In this document: positions 1 to 10,588 of the stretch, one piece after another
How the letters are laid out: each line of letters begins with the position of its first letter
Numbering within the stretch: position 1 is the stretch's first letter
From: a bacterium
Lineage (GTDB): Bacteria; Electryoneota; Electryoneia; Electryoneales; Electryoneaceae
Length of the DNA stretch: 64,000 bases
Direction: 5' to 3'
Assembly: GCA_043801585.1 (NCBI GenBank)
Contig: JAZDLX010000007.1
Location: 9,379-73,378, forward strand
Program-made: the position numbers and the translations under genes
The notes under the pieces: generated by a model
Told to the model about the DNA's origin: nothing
The model's input: only the letters and a program-made list of their open reading frames with translations
Database searches by the model: none

Positions 1-78
1 ATTCCCCTGGGGGTGTTCAACATTTTCTTCACGGCAGTACTGTTGACGGTTTTTCAGGCGCTGGGCGTGGCGAAATAG
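1..78 (+). CDS. nuoH: NADH-quinone oxidoreductase subunit H, C-terminal fragment (runs off the window start)
   Basis: An open frame from position 1 encodes a hydrophobic tail, IPLGVFNIFFTAVLLTVFQALGVAK, ending at TAG 76-78. nuoI, J, K, L, M and N follow in canonical order. Confidence 0.5.
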   Translation: MPLGVFNIFFTAVLLTVFQALGVAK

Positions 79-80
79 GC

Positions 81-546
81 ACAGGAAAAAACAGAATGAA
101 ACAGGATGGACAGGATTCACAGGATGGAGATGATACTAAAAATTCTTACAACATGGTGAAATCACAAAAGAAATCATAGCTGCATCATTTGACGTGATAA
201 ACGAGTTGGATTCAGGTTTTCTTGAGAAGGTTTATGAAAACTCATTAGCGCTTCTCTTGCGCGAGAGGGGTTTTCAAACGGATCAGCAGGTACCATTGAT
301 TGTGAAGTTTCGTAATCATGAGGTTGGAACCTGCACTGCTGATCTTATTGTTGCTGAGAAGGTATTGGTTGAACTGAAATCAGTTAAAAATCTTTTACCA
401 GAGCATTCAGCGCAAGTTATTAATTATTTAAAGGTAATTGGGTTGCAAGTCGGATTATTAATCAATTTTGGTAGTCCAATACTTGAATATAAAAGGTTTT
501 ACGCTGTTTAAAATCGTTATCTTGTTAATCTTGTACATCCTGTTTC
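81..546. mobile_element. Putative miniature selfish cassette: a GxxExxY nuclease gene bounded by inverted arrays of ACAGGAT heptamers, filling the nuoH-nuoI intergenic space
   Basis: The left array has ACAGGAT-like units at 81, 91, 101, 110 and 119. The right array has ATCTTGT, ATCTTGT and ATCCTGT at 519, 528 and 537, which is the reverse complement at 9-bp periodicity. The interior is AT-rich compared with the flanking nuo genes. Confidence 0.4.
194..511 (+). CDS. GxxExxY protein (PD-(D/E)XK nuclease superfamily, PDDEXK_3/TIGR04256-like)
   Basis: Motifs read GFLEKVYENSLALLLRERGF ... ADLIV ... ELKSV, the typical GxxExxY layout. The GTG at 194 is the ORF-caller start, but the open frame extends upstream to about 140 (..KFLQHGEITKEIIAASFDV..), so the true start is probably upstream and non-canonical. 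Base composition is low-GC. Confidence 0.8.
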   Translation: MINELDSGFLEKVYENSLALLLRERGFQTDQQVPLIVKFRNHEVGTCTADLIVAEKVLVELKSVKNLLPEHSAQVINYLKVIGLQVGLLINFGSPILEYKRFYAV

Positions 547-561
547 GGAAGGATACATGAT

Positions 562-1086
562 TTGGAGGCGGGTGTGTTGAAACCACAGTTTGAAGACGAT
601 CCGTTCCGGAAATACCATCTGACGATGATGGAGAGGCTCTACCTGCCCGCGATCATGAAGGGCATGGGGGTGACGATTTCCCACTTCTTCAAGAAGCCGG
701 TGACGATTCAGTATCCAGAGGAGAAGTGGGAGGTGAACCATCGTTGGCGCGGACGTCATGTGCTCAAACGTGATGAGTTCGGCCGTGAACGGTGCGTCGG
801 CTGCCAGATGTGCGAGCTGGCGTGCCCCGCGGACGCAATCACGATCCAGGCGGGCGAGGTTCCGCCGGAACGCCGACACCTCCATACGACGGAGCGGTAC
901 GCGGTGACGTACGAAATCGATATGTTGCGCTGCATTTTCTGCGGCATGTGCGAAGAGGCGTGCCCGGAGGCGGCGATCTTCCTGACGCCGTTCTACGAGT
1001 TCGCCGAGGATAGCAGGGACAAGCTGATCTACACCAAGGAAATGCTTACCGAAAAGGTCGGCAGTCCGATTTTCTACAAGGATTGA
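562..1086 (+). CDS. nuoI: NADH-quinone oxidoreductase subunit I (2x[4Fe-4S] ferredoxin)
   Basis: Two CxxCxxCxxxCP motifs are present ([12 protein letters not shown] and [12 protein letters not shown]). The start is TTG at 562; a GTG at 574 is an alternative. Confidence 0.9.
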   Translation: MEAGVLKPQFEDDPFRKYHLTMMERLYLPAIMKGMGVTISHFFKKPVTIQYPEEKWEVNHRWRGRHVLKRDEFGRERCVGCQMCELACPADAITIQAGEVPPERRHLHTTERYAVTYEIDMLRCIFCGMCEEACPEAAIFLTPFYEFAEDSRDKLIYTKEMLTEKVGSPIFYKD

Positions 1087-1175
1087 TTGCCAGGTAGTCG
1101 GTTGTAGTCACCGTGTTCGTAAGGGACAGGTGCTTTGTTCTGAGATCAACACTCTCTCAGTAGAGAGGAAAAGTC

Positions 1176-1682
1176 ATGCAGACAATCATGTTCGCCATGC
1201 TGGCCATCGTCGCCCTGTTCGGTGCGGTCATGGTCATCACGCGGCGGAACCCGGTGTTCAGCATTCTCTGGCTTGTGCTGACGTTCTTCTGCTATGCCGG
1301 ACTCTATGTCCTGCTGGGCGCCAATTTCCTCGCGGCGGTTCAGATCGTGGTGTACGCCGGTGCGATCATGGTCCTTTTCCTGTTCGTGGTCATGATGCTG
1401 AACCTGCGCGAACCCGAGAAACTCGAAGAGCGGAAACCGATATGGATCGGCCTCGGGACCGTCGTCGGACTCGGGATCGGCCTGGTGCTGATGGCCTACC
1501 TGGTACGCGGCGGCGTCGAACTGATGGCGGACCCCTCCGAGCATTCCTGGGTCCTCGGCAGTTCGAAGTGGCTGGGCAAGGAGCTGTTTACGAATTATGT
1601 CCTCGCGGTCGAGATCGCAGGTGTGCTGCTGCTGGTGGCGGTGATCGGCGCTGTGGCGCTGGCGAAAAAGAACAGGGTGTAA
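1176..1682 (+). CDS. nuoJ: NADH-quinone oxidoreductase subunit J
   Basis: A 168-aa polytopic membrane protein with a NuoJ-like N-terminus, [20 protein letters not shown]. It sits between nuoI and nuoK. Confidence 0.9.
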   Translation: MQTIMFAMLAIVALFGAVMVITRRNPVFSILWLVLTFFCYAGLYVLLGANFLAAVQIVVYAGAIMVLFLFVVMMLNLREPEKLEERKPIWIGLGTVVGLGIGLVLMAYLVRGGVELMADPSEHSWVLGSSKWLGKELFTNYVLAVEIAGVLLLVAVIGAVALAKKNRV

Positions 1683-1684
1683 CC

Positions 1685-1993
1685 ATGATCGAAATCGGAT
1701 TGAACCATTTCCTGTGGCTGGCGGCGGCGCTATTCACCATCGGGGTGATCGGGGTTCTGACGAGGCGCAATGTGCTGATCATCTTCATGTCGGTGGAGCT
1801 GATGCTGAACTCGGCGAATCTGACCCTGATCGCGTTCAGCCATTACCTGGAGATCATCGCCGGGCAGGTCTTCGTTTTCTTCAGCATGACCGTGGCCGCC
1901 GCTGAAGTCGGCATCGGTCTGGCGATCGTCGTCACCATTTTCCGCAACATCGAATCGCTGGATGTGACGAAACTGAATTTGTTAAAGAACTAA
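1685..1993 (+). CDS. nuoK: NADH-quinone oxidoreductase subunit K
   Basis: A 102-aa protein, [46 protein letters not shown], with the NuoK signature. The ATG at 1685 lies inside the longer 1130..1993 ORF. Confidence 0.9.
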   Translation: MIEIGLNHFLWLAAALFTIGVIGVLTRRNVLIIFMSVELMLNSANLTLIAFSHYLEIIAGQVFVFFSMTVAAAEVGIGLAIVVTIFRNIESLDVTKLNLLKN

Positions 1994-2003
1994 AATCTTT
2001 GAA

Positions 2004-2084
2004 ACAGAATTAACAGGATAGGCAGGATGAAAAAGACACACAGGATAATTCATTTAACAACAAAATTATTTTGGTTTTATCCTG
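2004..2084. repeat. Gene-less hairpin copy of the ACAGGAT heptamer inverted-array element
   Basis: The left units are ACAGAAT 2004, ACAGGAT 2013, GCAGGAT 2022 and ACAGGAT 2040. The right units are ATCCTGT 2069 and ATCCCGT 2078, followed by TTCAAGAAG. Confidence 0.55.
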
Positions 2085-2164
2085 TACATCCCGTTTCAAG
2101 AAGTTGTTGTTTAAGTTGAAGTTGTGTCAGGTCGTGCGCCGTATTGGTAATAGTGTCTTTTATC

Positions 2165-2200
2165 ATCTTATAAATCTTGTGCATCCTGTTCCAAGAAGTT
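2165..2200. repeat. Solo right-arm heptamer array (ATCTTAT, ATCTTGT, ATCCTGT) ending in TCCAAGAAG
   Basis: The units sit at 2165, 2174 and 2183 with a 9-bp period. The terminal motif matches the right arms at 519-553 and 2069-2098. Confidence 0.5.
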
Positions 2201-2260
2201 GCAGTCGTTGCTGTCTGAACATGTGAACCAAGAGATCCTGCGAACGCAGGGAGGACTTTC

Positions 2261-4273
2261 GTGGAACACCACGCTACTGAAATGGTCCAGACCGCTGCTG
2301 CATCGATCGACATGGGCTATGCGGTCTGGCTGCTGATCTTTCCGCTTATCGGTGTGATCGTCAACGGCCTGTTCACCCGACGGCTGCCGGAGAAAGTCAT
2401 CGGCTGGTTTGGCAGCGCGACGATTATCGCCAGCTTCGCGGTGGCGGTGAGCTTGATGATGCAGCTCGCCGGACTCGAACCGCACCAGCGGTCGGTGGAA
2501 GTTGTCGTCTTCAACTGGCTTCACGTCGGCCAGTTGAACCTCGACTTCGCTTTCCTGATCGATCCGCTCTCCGCCGTGATGCTGCTTGTGGTCACCGGCA
2601 TCAGCTCTCTGATCCACATCTACAGCATCGGCTACATGCATGACGATCCGAGGTTCCAGACGTTTTTCACCTACATGAACCTCTTCGTCTTTTTCATGCT
2701 GACCCTGGTGCTCGGAAACAGCTACCCGATTCTTTTCATCGGTTGGGAGGGCGTCGGCCTCTGCAGCTACCTGCTGATCGGGTTCTGGTGGGAGGACATG
2801 GAAAAGGCCAAGGCGGGGATGAAGGCCTTTATCGTCAACCGCATCGGTGACTTCGGTATGCTGGTGGCGATGTTCCTCCTGTTCAAACACCTCGGGACGC
2901 TGACCTTCTCGGAAGTCTTTCCCCTTGCCGCGGAAACATGGGGTCACAGCCTCAACGCTGCCCCGATTGTGGCGATCACCCTGATGCTGCTGCTCGGCGC
3001 GGCGGGCAAGAGCGCACAATTCCCGTTGTACGTCTGGCTTCCCGATGCAATGGCGGGTCCGACGCCCGTGTCCGCGTTGATCCACGCCGCGACAATGGTC
3101 ACCGCCGGTGTGTACATGATCGCCCGCAGCAACATGCTCTACATGCTGGCGCCGACCTCGATGACCGTGGTGGCGCTGGTTGGTGCGTTCACGGCGATTT
3201 TCGCGGCAACCATCGGCATCAAGCAATTCGACATCAAGAAGATCCTCGCCTATTCAACCGTCAGCCAGCTCGGATACATGGTGATGGCAACGGGGGTCGC
3301 GGCGTTCAGCTCCGGCATCTTCCACCTGATGACCCACGCCTTTTTCAAAGCGCTGCTGTTCCTTGGCGCGGGCGCTGTGATTCACACGATGCACGGCGGC
3401 CTGCACCACGTCCACGACCACAACACCGACGCGCAGGACATCCGCAACATGGGCGGCTTGCGCAAGAAGATCCCGATCACCTATGTGACCTTCCTGTTCG
3501 CTACGCTGGCTATCTGCGGCATCCCCGGCTTTTCGGGTTTCTTCAGCAAGGATGAAATTCTCGCTTCGACGTTCGCGCATGGCAGCTACCTGCCCTACGC
3601 GCTGGGATTGATCGCGGCGGTAATCACGGCCTTCTACATGTTCCGCCTCGTATACCTCACGTTCTTCGGCGAGTACAAGGGACCGCGCGGGAGTGAAGAG
3701 GCGCTGCACGAGAGCCCGCCGGTGATGACCATCCCCTTGATCATCCTTGCGTTGCTGGCGGTTGTCGGCGGTTATGTCGGGCTCCCAATTGTCTTCGGCG
3801 AGAAGCTTCACATCTTCAAGGCGTGGCTGGACCCGGTGTTCGAGCCTGCCTTTGAGGCAGTTCACTACCATGCCCACCACCCCACGATGTCTCTCGAATG
3901 GATGTTGATCGGCGTTTCGGTGGTCGCGGCGCTGCTGGGGATCATCATCGCCAACGTGATGTATATCCGCCAGGGCAAGGTTGGCAAAAGCGATGAGGAG
4001 CAGGCTGGTCTCGGCAAGCTGGTGTGGCGCAAGTACTACGTGGATGAGATCTACGACGCCGGGTTCATCAGGCCGTTGATCAACCTCTGCCGCCTCGCCT
4101 GGAACAAGTTCGACGATGCGGTGGTGGACCGTGGCATGGTGCTCGGAAGTGCGCGCACGGTGTTCGGAGCGGGCGGGTACCTGAGGCGTCTGCAGACAGG
4201 GATTGTCGGCAACTACGCGCTGATGCTTGCGGTCGGCGTTGTGGTCATACTGGCGGTGGTGCTGGTCCGTTGA
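2261..4273 (+). CDS. nuoL: NADH-quinone oxidoreductase subunit L
   Basis: A 670-aa antiporter-like subunit with a long C-terminal extension typical of NuoL. The GTG at 2261 is preceded by a GGGAGGA Shine-Dalgarno; alternative starts are 2282 and 2312. Confidence 0.9.
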   Translation: MEHHATEMVQTAAASIDMGYAVWLLIFPLIGVIVNGLFTRRLPEKVIGWFGSATIIASFAVAVSLMMQLAGLEPHQRSVEVVVFNWLHVGQLNLDFAFLIDPLSAVMLLVVTGISSLIHIYSIGYMHDDPRFQTFFTYMNLFVFFMLTLVLGNSYPILFIGWEGVGLCSYLLIGFWWEDMEKAKAGMKAFIVNRIGDFGMLVAMFLLFKHLGTLTFSEVFPLAAETWGHSLNAAPIVAITLMLLLGAAGKSAQFPLYVWLPDAMAGPTPVSALIHAATMVTAGVYMIARSNMLYMLAPTSMTVVALVGAFTAIFAATIGIKQFDIKKILAYSTVSQLGYMVMATGVAAFSSGIFHLMTHAFFKALLFLGAGAVIHTMHGGLHHVHDHNTDAQDIRNMGGLRKKIPITYVTFLFATLAICGIPGFSGFFSKDEILASTFAHGSYLPYALGLIAAVITAFYMFRLVYLTFFGEYKGPRGSEEALHESPPVMTIPLIILALLAVVGGYVGLPIVFGEKLHIFKAWLDPVFEPAFEAVHYHAHHPTMSLEWMLIGVSVVAALLGIIIANVMYIRQGKVGKSDEEQAGLGKLVWRKYYVDEIYDAGFIRPLINLCRLAWNKFDDAVVDRGMVLGSARTVFGAGGYLRRLQTGIVGNYALMLAVGVVVILAVVLVR

Positions 4274-4295
4274 GGCCGGTTCGATTCGGGAGAGA

Positions 4296-5777
<1,482 letters not shown>

Positions 5778-5792
5778 AGGAAGAGGACGAAG

Positions 5793-7259
5793 ATGTTTGA
5801 CAACCTGATCGCCGGTATGCATGTCGGACGCATCCTGCCAGAAATCCTCACAGTCGTGGTCGCGATTGCGGCGCTGCTCGCGGATGTGATTCTGCCGCGT
5901 GGACGCAGCACACGGGGCGTGCAGCTCGTCACCCTCGCCGGACTGCTGCTCGTGATCGTCTCGGCCCTCTTCAAAGCGAACGACCTCGGACAGGCGTTTG
6001 GCGGCATGGTGATGGTGGACCGCTTCACCTTCTTTTTCCGCCTGATCCTTCCGCTGATCACGATTTTCATCGTCTTCGTCAGCGAAGGTTTCATCGAGCG
6101 GGCGAAAATCCGCATCGGCGAATACTACCTGATGCTGCTCTTCAGCCTGTTCGGAATGGAACTGATGGTGATGGCGCAGGACCTGCTGATCCTGTTCCTC
6201 GGCATCGAAACGATGTCCATCAGTCTCTACACGCTGGTTGGCCTCAGCCGCCACCGTCGCGCCAGCAATGAAGGCGCGCTGAAATATTTCCTGCTCGGCG
6301 CGTTCACGACCGGTTTCCTGCTCTACGGCATCGCCCTGATGTTTGGTTTGACCGGTTCAACGAACCTCATCGACATCATGGCGTTTTTCCATGGAACGCC
6401 GGACATCCCGCTGCTTGGTTGGGCTGCGAGTGGATTGATCCTGGTCGCACTGGCGTTCAAAACGGCGCTGGTGCCGTTTCACTGGTGGTCGCCGGACGCC
6501 TATGAAGGCGCTCCGACGACGGTTACCGCGTTCATGTCCACCGCGCCGAAAGCGGCGGCCTTCGCGGCGTTCATTCGCGTTTTCTACGTCGGCTTCGCCG
6601 ACCTGACGGTGGGGTGGACCCCGGTGCTCTGGTGGATCGCGGTGCTGACAATGACCTTTGGCAACCTGCTCGCCCTGCGTCAGGACAGCGTCAAACGAAT
6701 GCTCGCCTTCTCATCGATCACCCATGCGGGCTACCTCGTCGTGGCGTTCCTCACCTTCGAGGCGATGGGGGCGGCGGCGATGCTGTTTTATCTCGTCGCC
6801 TACGCCTTCATGAACATCGGTGCGTTCGTGGTGGCAATCGCTGCGAACCGGGACGAAAACGCTGAGAAAGGCTATTCCTACGACGAGTACAAGGGGTTGG
6901 CCTACCGGCGGCCGTGGATGGCCATCGCGATGATGATCTTCATGCTGTCGCTGGCGGGAATCCCGCCGACAGCGGGCTTCTTCGGCAAGTATTACATCTT
7001 CAGCGCGGCGATCCGCAGCGGTTTTGTCGGACTGGCGGTGATCGGGGTGCTGAACAGCGCCGTGAGCGTTTATTACTACCTGCGCCTGATCGTCAGCATG
7101 TTCCTCAAGGATCGTGACGAGGCGAGCGAGGCTCCGCTGTTCTGGCAGTCGGAAATGGCTCAGGCGGTGGTGATCTGCGCGATTTTGATCCTGCTGATCG
7201 GGCTGTTCCCGCAGCAATTGCTGAACGTCGCGACGGCGAGTGTCGCCAGCCTTTGGTAG
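5793..7259 (+). CDS. nuoN: NADH-quinone oxidoreductase subunit N
   Basis: A 488-aa polytopic membrane protein, the last antiporter-like subunit, with a WWSPDAYEGAPT motif and an AAGGAAGAGGA RBS. Confidence 0.9.
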   Translation: MFDNLIAGMHVGRILPEILTVVVAIAALLADVILPRGRSTRGVQLVTLAGLLLVIVSALFKANDLGQAFGGMVMVDRFTFFFRLILPLITIFIVFVSEGFIERAKIRIGEYYLMLLFSLFGMELMVMAQDLLILFLGIETMSISLYTLVGLSRHRRASNEGALKYFLLGAFTTGFLLYGIALMFGLTGSTNLIDIMAFFHGTPDIPLLGWAASGLILVALAFKTALVPFHWWSPDAYEGAPTTVTAFMSTAPKAAAFAAFIRVFYVGFADLTVGWTPVLWWIAVLTMTFGNLLALRQDSVKRMLAFSSITHAGYLVVAFLTFEAMGAAAMLFYLVAYAFMNIGAFVVAIAANRDENAEKGYSYDEYKGLAYRRPWMAIAMMIFMLSLAGIPPTAGFFGKYYIFSAAIRSGFVGLAVIGVLNSAVSVYYYLRLIVSMFLKDRDEASEAPLFWQSEMAQAVVICAILILLIGLFPQQLLNVATASVASLW

Positions 7260-7319
7260 CGAACCTGACGTTCGACGCGGTATCGCGCCAAAGCTTGGCG
7301 GCGCGACGAAATAGTTTGC

Positions 7320-7351
7320 AACCCGGGGAAGCATCCCCGGGTTCTTTTATT
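7320..7351 (+). terminator. Rho-independent terminator of the nuo operon
   Basis: The hairpin AACCCGGGGAAGCATCCCCGGGTT is followed by CTTTTATT. Confidence 0.6.
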
Positions 7352-7414
7352 AGTACCTGGACGGACATATTCAGGCTGCGCTGACGTTCAAGTGATGAGT
7401 GAAAAGAATCTCGT

Positions 7415-7446
7415 AACCCCTCTCGACAAGAGGGGTTTTCTTATTT
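7415..7446 (+). terminator. Second terminator-like hairpin, CCCCTCTCGACAAGAGGGG plus a T-tract
   Basis: A GC stem is followed by TTTTCTTATTT. A near-identical hairpin recurs at 10589-10617. Confidence 0.5.
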
Positions 7447-7689
7447 AGGCGGTAATGGGCGCGGTCTGCTCCCTGTTAATGGGCAGAGCGGAGGATGTAC
7501 AGCGTTCTCCCTTCAAAGGTATTCATACCTCAATCATTCATTCTTGAACTGGATCTCCCTGTGGTCTGTAGAGATCTATAAATCTGACACTTGCGAATAT
7601 ATCACAAATTCACAATTTAGTCTATTGATAGTTGTATAAATGGAATCAGTTGCCGTAAGTTGCGGTTTAATCACACTCAGGAGGTGGGA

Positions 7690-8241
7690 ATGATCGACAA
7701 TCGCGTTCTGATCGCGCTGTCGATAGTGCTTCTTTTATTCATCGGCTCAGCCGTCTTTGCCCAATCTGAAACTGACCAACCTGAACGACGCTGCCCCGCC
7801 TGCAACACACTGAATCGCCCCGATGCAAAATTCTGTAAGAACTGTGGTGCAGCGCTTACTCCTCTGCCTCAAAAAAGAGTGGAACAGCAGACCGATTCCC
7901 TGCAACAGGACGAAAACGGTTTGTCGCAGTCTGAACGGAACGATCGGTTGCCCGCCGGATTCAAACGCGACTTGAACTCGCTCTCCCGTGAGGAATTAAT
8001 CCAACTCCTGCAGAAGATCGACAAGTACCAGGTAAGTGCAGGGAAAGCTCCATCGCTGCCTGAAGGGTCGATTGCCTACATGACGGAGGATGAACTCCGC
8101 GCCATGGTGACGGGCATTGTGAAACAGGAACTGGATCAGCACCGGCCGCAAGCGAGGAGTGATCCGGTTGGTGCGTTTTTCAAATTCATTGGAGCGATCA
8201 CACTTTTTATACTGGTGATCGCACTGATTGCGGCATCCTGA
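7690..8241 (+). CDS. Exported or membrane-anchored zinc-ribbon protein (N-terminal signal/anchor, C4 zinc ribbon, C-terminal TM helix)
   Basis: The start sits behind CAGGAGGTGGGA and gives MIDNRVLIALSIVLLLFIGSAVFA|QSETDQP, followed immediately by CPACN..(x13)..CKNCG. The C-terminus ends in the hydrophobic stretch FIGAITLFILVIALIAAS. Confidence 0.6.
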   Translation: MIDNRVLIALSIVLLLFIGSAVFAQSETDQPERRCPACNTLNRPDAKFCKNCGAALTPLPQKRVEQQTDSLQQDENGLSQSERNDRLPAGFKRDLNSLSREELIQLLQKIDKYQVSAGKAPSLPEGSIAYMTEDELRAMVTGIVKQELDQHRPQARSDPVGAFFKFIGAITLFILVIALIAAS

Positions 8242-8302
8242 CGACTCCGCTTCCATTTCGCCGCAAGGGTAGAAGAATCACATCTGAAAGTGAGGTTTCA
8301 CG

Positions 8303-9658
8303 ATGAGAAACCGGTTCCTGTTGATTCTCGCGATGCTGGTCCTGTTTCTCGGAACTGCAGGTGCACTTGCGCAGGAAACTCAGGCAGATCAACCGATCTA
8401 CTGCCCCAATTGCCACGCTGAACTCGCCCCGGGTAGCCGTTTCTGCACGGAATGCGGGTACGACCTGTCGAATAAGACTGACCCCGTTGCCCAATCCATC
8501 TTCGATTCCACGGCCGCACCCACTGTCGAAGTTGGCATGTCAAAACAGTTTCATCTGAAAGACGGCAATGTGGTATTCGGCACCGTCACCGCGCTGGAGG
8601 AAGGGGGGAAGATCGCTGTGATCTCATCTCCGGACGGCACCCTAAAGCTTCCGGTCCGCGAGATCCTGGAAGAGATGGTGGATGTTCGCAAGACGGATGG
8701 TGCCCATTATGTTGGACCGGTACTCTCTGAGGATGAAGTCCAACTCTCGATCCGAACTCCTTATGGTGACGTGATTGTGAAGAAACTTGACATCCAGACG
8801 ATGGACCGTTATTGGGGCAGCAAGAAAGTCAGTTGGGTTGAGGAACGGGAGCGGTTCATGGCCCGTGAAGAACTGACAGATATCTTTGCCGATCCTACTG
8901 CCTTTCCGTTGAATCCCCGCGTGATCTACCTGAGTGGCATGTCAATGGGATACGGATTCACGAAGAATTTCATGCTGCGCACTCAATTTGGACTCGACCT
9001 GATCGGGGATCTGAACCTGCATCCGTTTATTCGTCTGATGCACCATACAGAAGGCGTCACCGAAACGAGTTTTTCCATGGGAATGAAGATGTACACTCAT
9101 CACAAAATGCGGAATGAGGTCGAGAAGTACAGTCACTGGATTATTGAATCCGCCACCGGAAAGCGTATGGATGAGGCGGGTCAACCGAATGTGGAACACA
9201 TCATGAGGGAACCGGATGAAAAGGTGTTTTTCTGGAGCGGCTATATGGTCTATAGCCGGCGACAGAATCTTCCAGGTGGGAGGGGCAAGTGGGGTTGGCA
9301 TGTCGGTCTCACCACAAATTCGATCATCTTCAACGACATCCATTATTTGAAAGGATACGATTGGGATAGTTCCTTTTTCTGGCCGGTACGAACCTGGGTA
9401 GCCATGGATTATGACCTGTCCAAGGAACTCAAATTCCTTATTGAGATTTTCGCTGACAATGGTCACAAATACATTGAATTCAACGATGCGATCGCAAGTT
9501 ACATGGGAGATGATGGTACACCCTTTACTGTAGAAGCACAGCGGGGATCGTTTCAACCGATCGATCTTGATTTTGGATTCCTCTACACTGTCAACGATAA
9601 TTTCCGTGTCGGAATTCATTTCCAATCGCCATTCCTTGCCCTTTACTGGAAATGGTGA
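8303..9658 (+). CDS. Exported zinc-ribbon protein with a large C-terminal domain ending in a beta-barrel-like motif; paralog of the upstream gene at its N-terminus
   Basis: The N-terminus reads MRNRFLLILAMLVLFLGTAGALA|QETQADQP, then CPNCH..(x11)..CTECG. The C-terminus ends FLALYWKW, with alternating hydrophobics and a terminal aromatic as in OMP barrels. Confidence 0.6.
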   Translation: MRNRFLLILAMLVLFLGTAGALAQETQADQPIYCPNCHAELAPGSRFCTECGYDLSNKTDPVAQSIFDSTAAPTVEVGMSKQFHLKDGNVVFGTVTALEEGGKIAVISSPDGTLKLPVREILEEMVDVRKTDGAHYVGPVLSEDEVQLSIRTPYGDVIVKKLDIQTMDRYWGSKKVSWVEERERFMAREELTDIFADPTAFPLNPRVIYLSGMSMGYGFTKNFMLRTQFGLDLIGDLNLHPFIRLMHHTEGVTETSFSMGMKMYTHHKMRNEVEKYSHWIIESATGKRMDEAGQPNVEHIMREPDEKVFFWSGYMVYSRRQNLPGGRGKWGWHVGLTTNSIIFNDIHYLKGYDWDSSFFWPVRTWVAMDYDLSKELKFLIEIFADNGHKYIEFNDAIASYMGDDGTPFTVEAQRGSFQPIDLDFGFLYTVNDNFRVGIHFQSPFLALYWKW

Positions 9659-9925
9659 TTGACAGAATTCGCCCTCGAAGATCGTTTCAGTCGATCGAAC
9701 AAGATGTTGGATTCACTGATGCGCTCATCCAATTGACTCGGTTGGGTGTTCATTTCCAGTCTCTTTGCTTAACTGTCGAGTGGGAGTGGATTGCGCCACA
9801 AATGACGAAATCAGTCAACATGAACCAATTCGGTTCATTCTGTTAGTCAGCAGCGCGGATAATTTAACTGAATGCCATGTTAGGTGCTGGCTTTCTAGGT
9901 GGAAGGCAAACAGGAGGAATTGCAC

Positions 9926-10543
9926 ATGAAAAGCAGAGAAATTTTGTTGAGGGGATTGCTGTGCGGACTTCTTTGTTTCGGGTTGATGTTCGCTTTTACC
10001 GCTTGTGAGAAAGATGAGACGACTAGTCCGAACGATAATCAGGGCAATGAAAATACGATTACCGGCACAGTCTACCTCCCCGATTCCCTGGCGAGCTACG
10101 TCGTTTGTATCGGCACCCTCGAGGGTTTCCTCGATTTCTGGACGGACTTCAGCGACACGACGTTGTTAACGATTTCATCTTCCTACGAGGGAACGGCTCC
10201 GATCGAGGTGCTGAATACGGTGGTTCTCGATGCAGGGGAGACTGAACGCACTTACAGTTTCGACATGCCCTCCGAGAATTATGAGAATGTGGATTTCGTT
10301 GTAGCGTGGGTTGACAAAAACGAGGATTCCGCCATCGCGGCGGAGGATGACGGCACAGGGAGTCTACAGTTCCTCGAACAGGCACGAGTCCCGTTGAAGG
10401 AGTACGAAGGGGCGTCCTATGTCATCGATTTTTGGGGGTATATGGCCGCTGGGGATGAATTGGAGTACTTGCTCTTTATCAACAGTGAGAATCTCGGATT
10501 AAGCATCGTCGGCACGAGTGGTTTCGATTTCCACTTCCAGTGA
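9926..10543 (+). CDS. Hypothetical lipoprotein
   Basis: An AGGAGGAATTGCAC RBS precedes MKSREILLRGLLCGLLCFGLMFAFTAC, which has a lipobox Cys. No recognisable domain was found. Confidence 0.6.
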   Translation: MKSREILLRGLLCGLLCFGLMFAFTACEKDETTSPNDNQGNENTITGTVYLPDSLASYVVCIGTLEGFLDFWTDFSDTTLLTISSSYEGTAPIEVLNTVVLDAGETERTYSFDMPSENYENVDFVVAWVDKNEDSAIAAEDDGTGSLQFLEQARVPLKEYEGASYVIDFWGYMAAGDELEYLLFINSENLGLSIVGTSGFDFHFQ

Positions 10544-10588
10544 TGACGAACTCCAGTCCTTGAAGAAAAACTTCAGCTGAATGCTCGA

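Noticed and set aside
81-546. Heptamer arrays as DnaA boxes or a replication origin. TTATCCTGT resembles TTATCCACA.
   Set aside because: They differ from the DnaA consensus at 3 of 9 positions. There is no dnaA/dnaN context and no AT-rich unwinding element. The arrays occur at three dispersed loci in inverted pairs, which fits a repeat element better than an origin.
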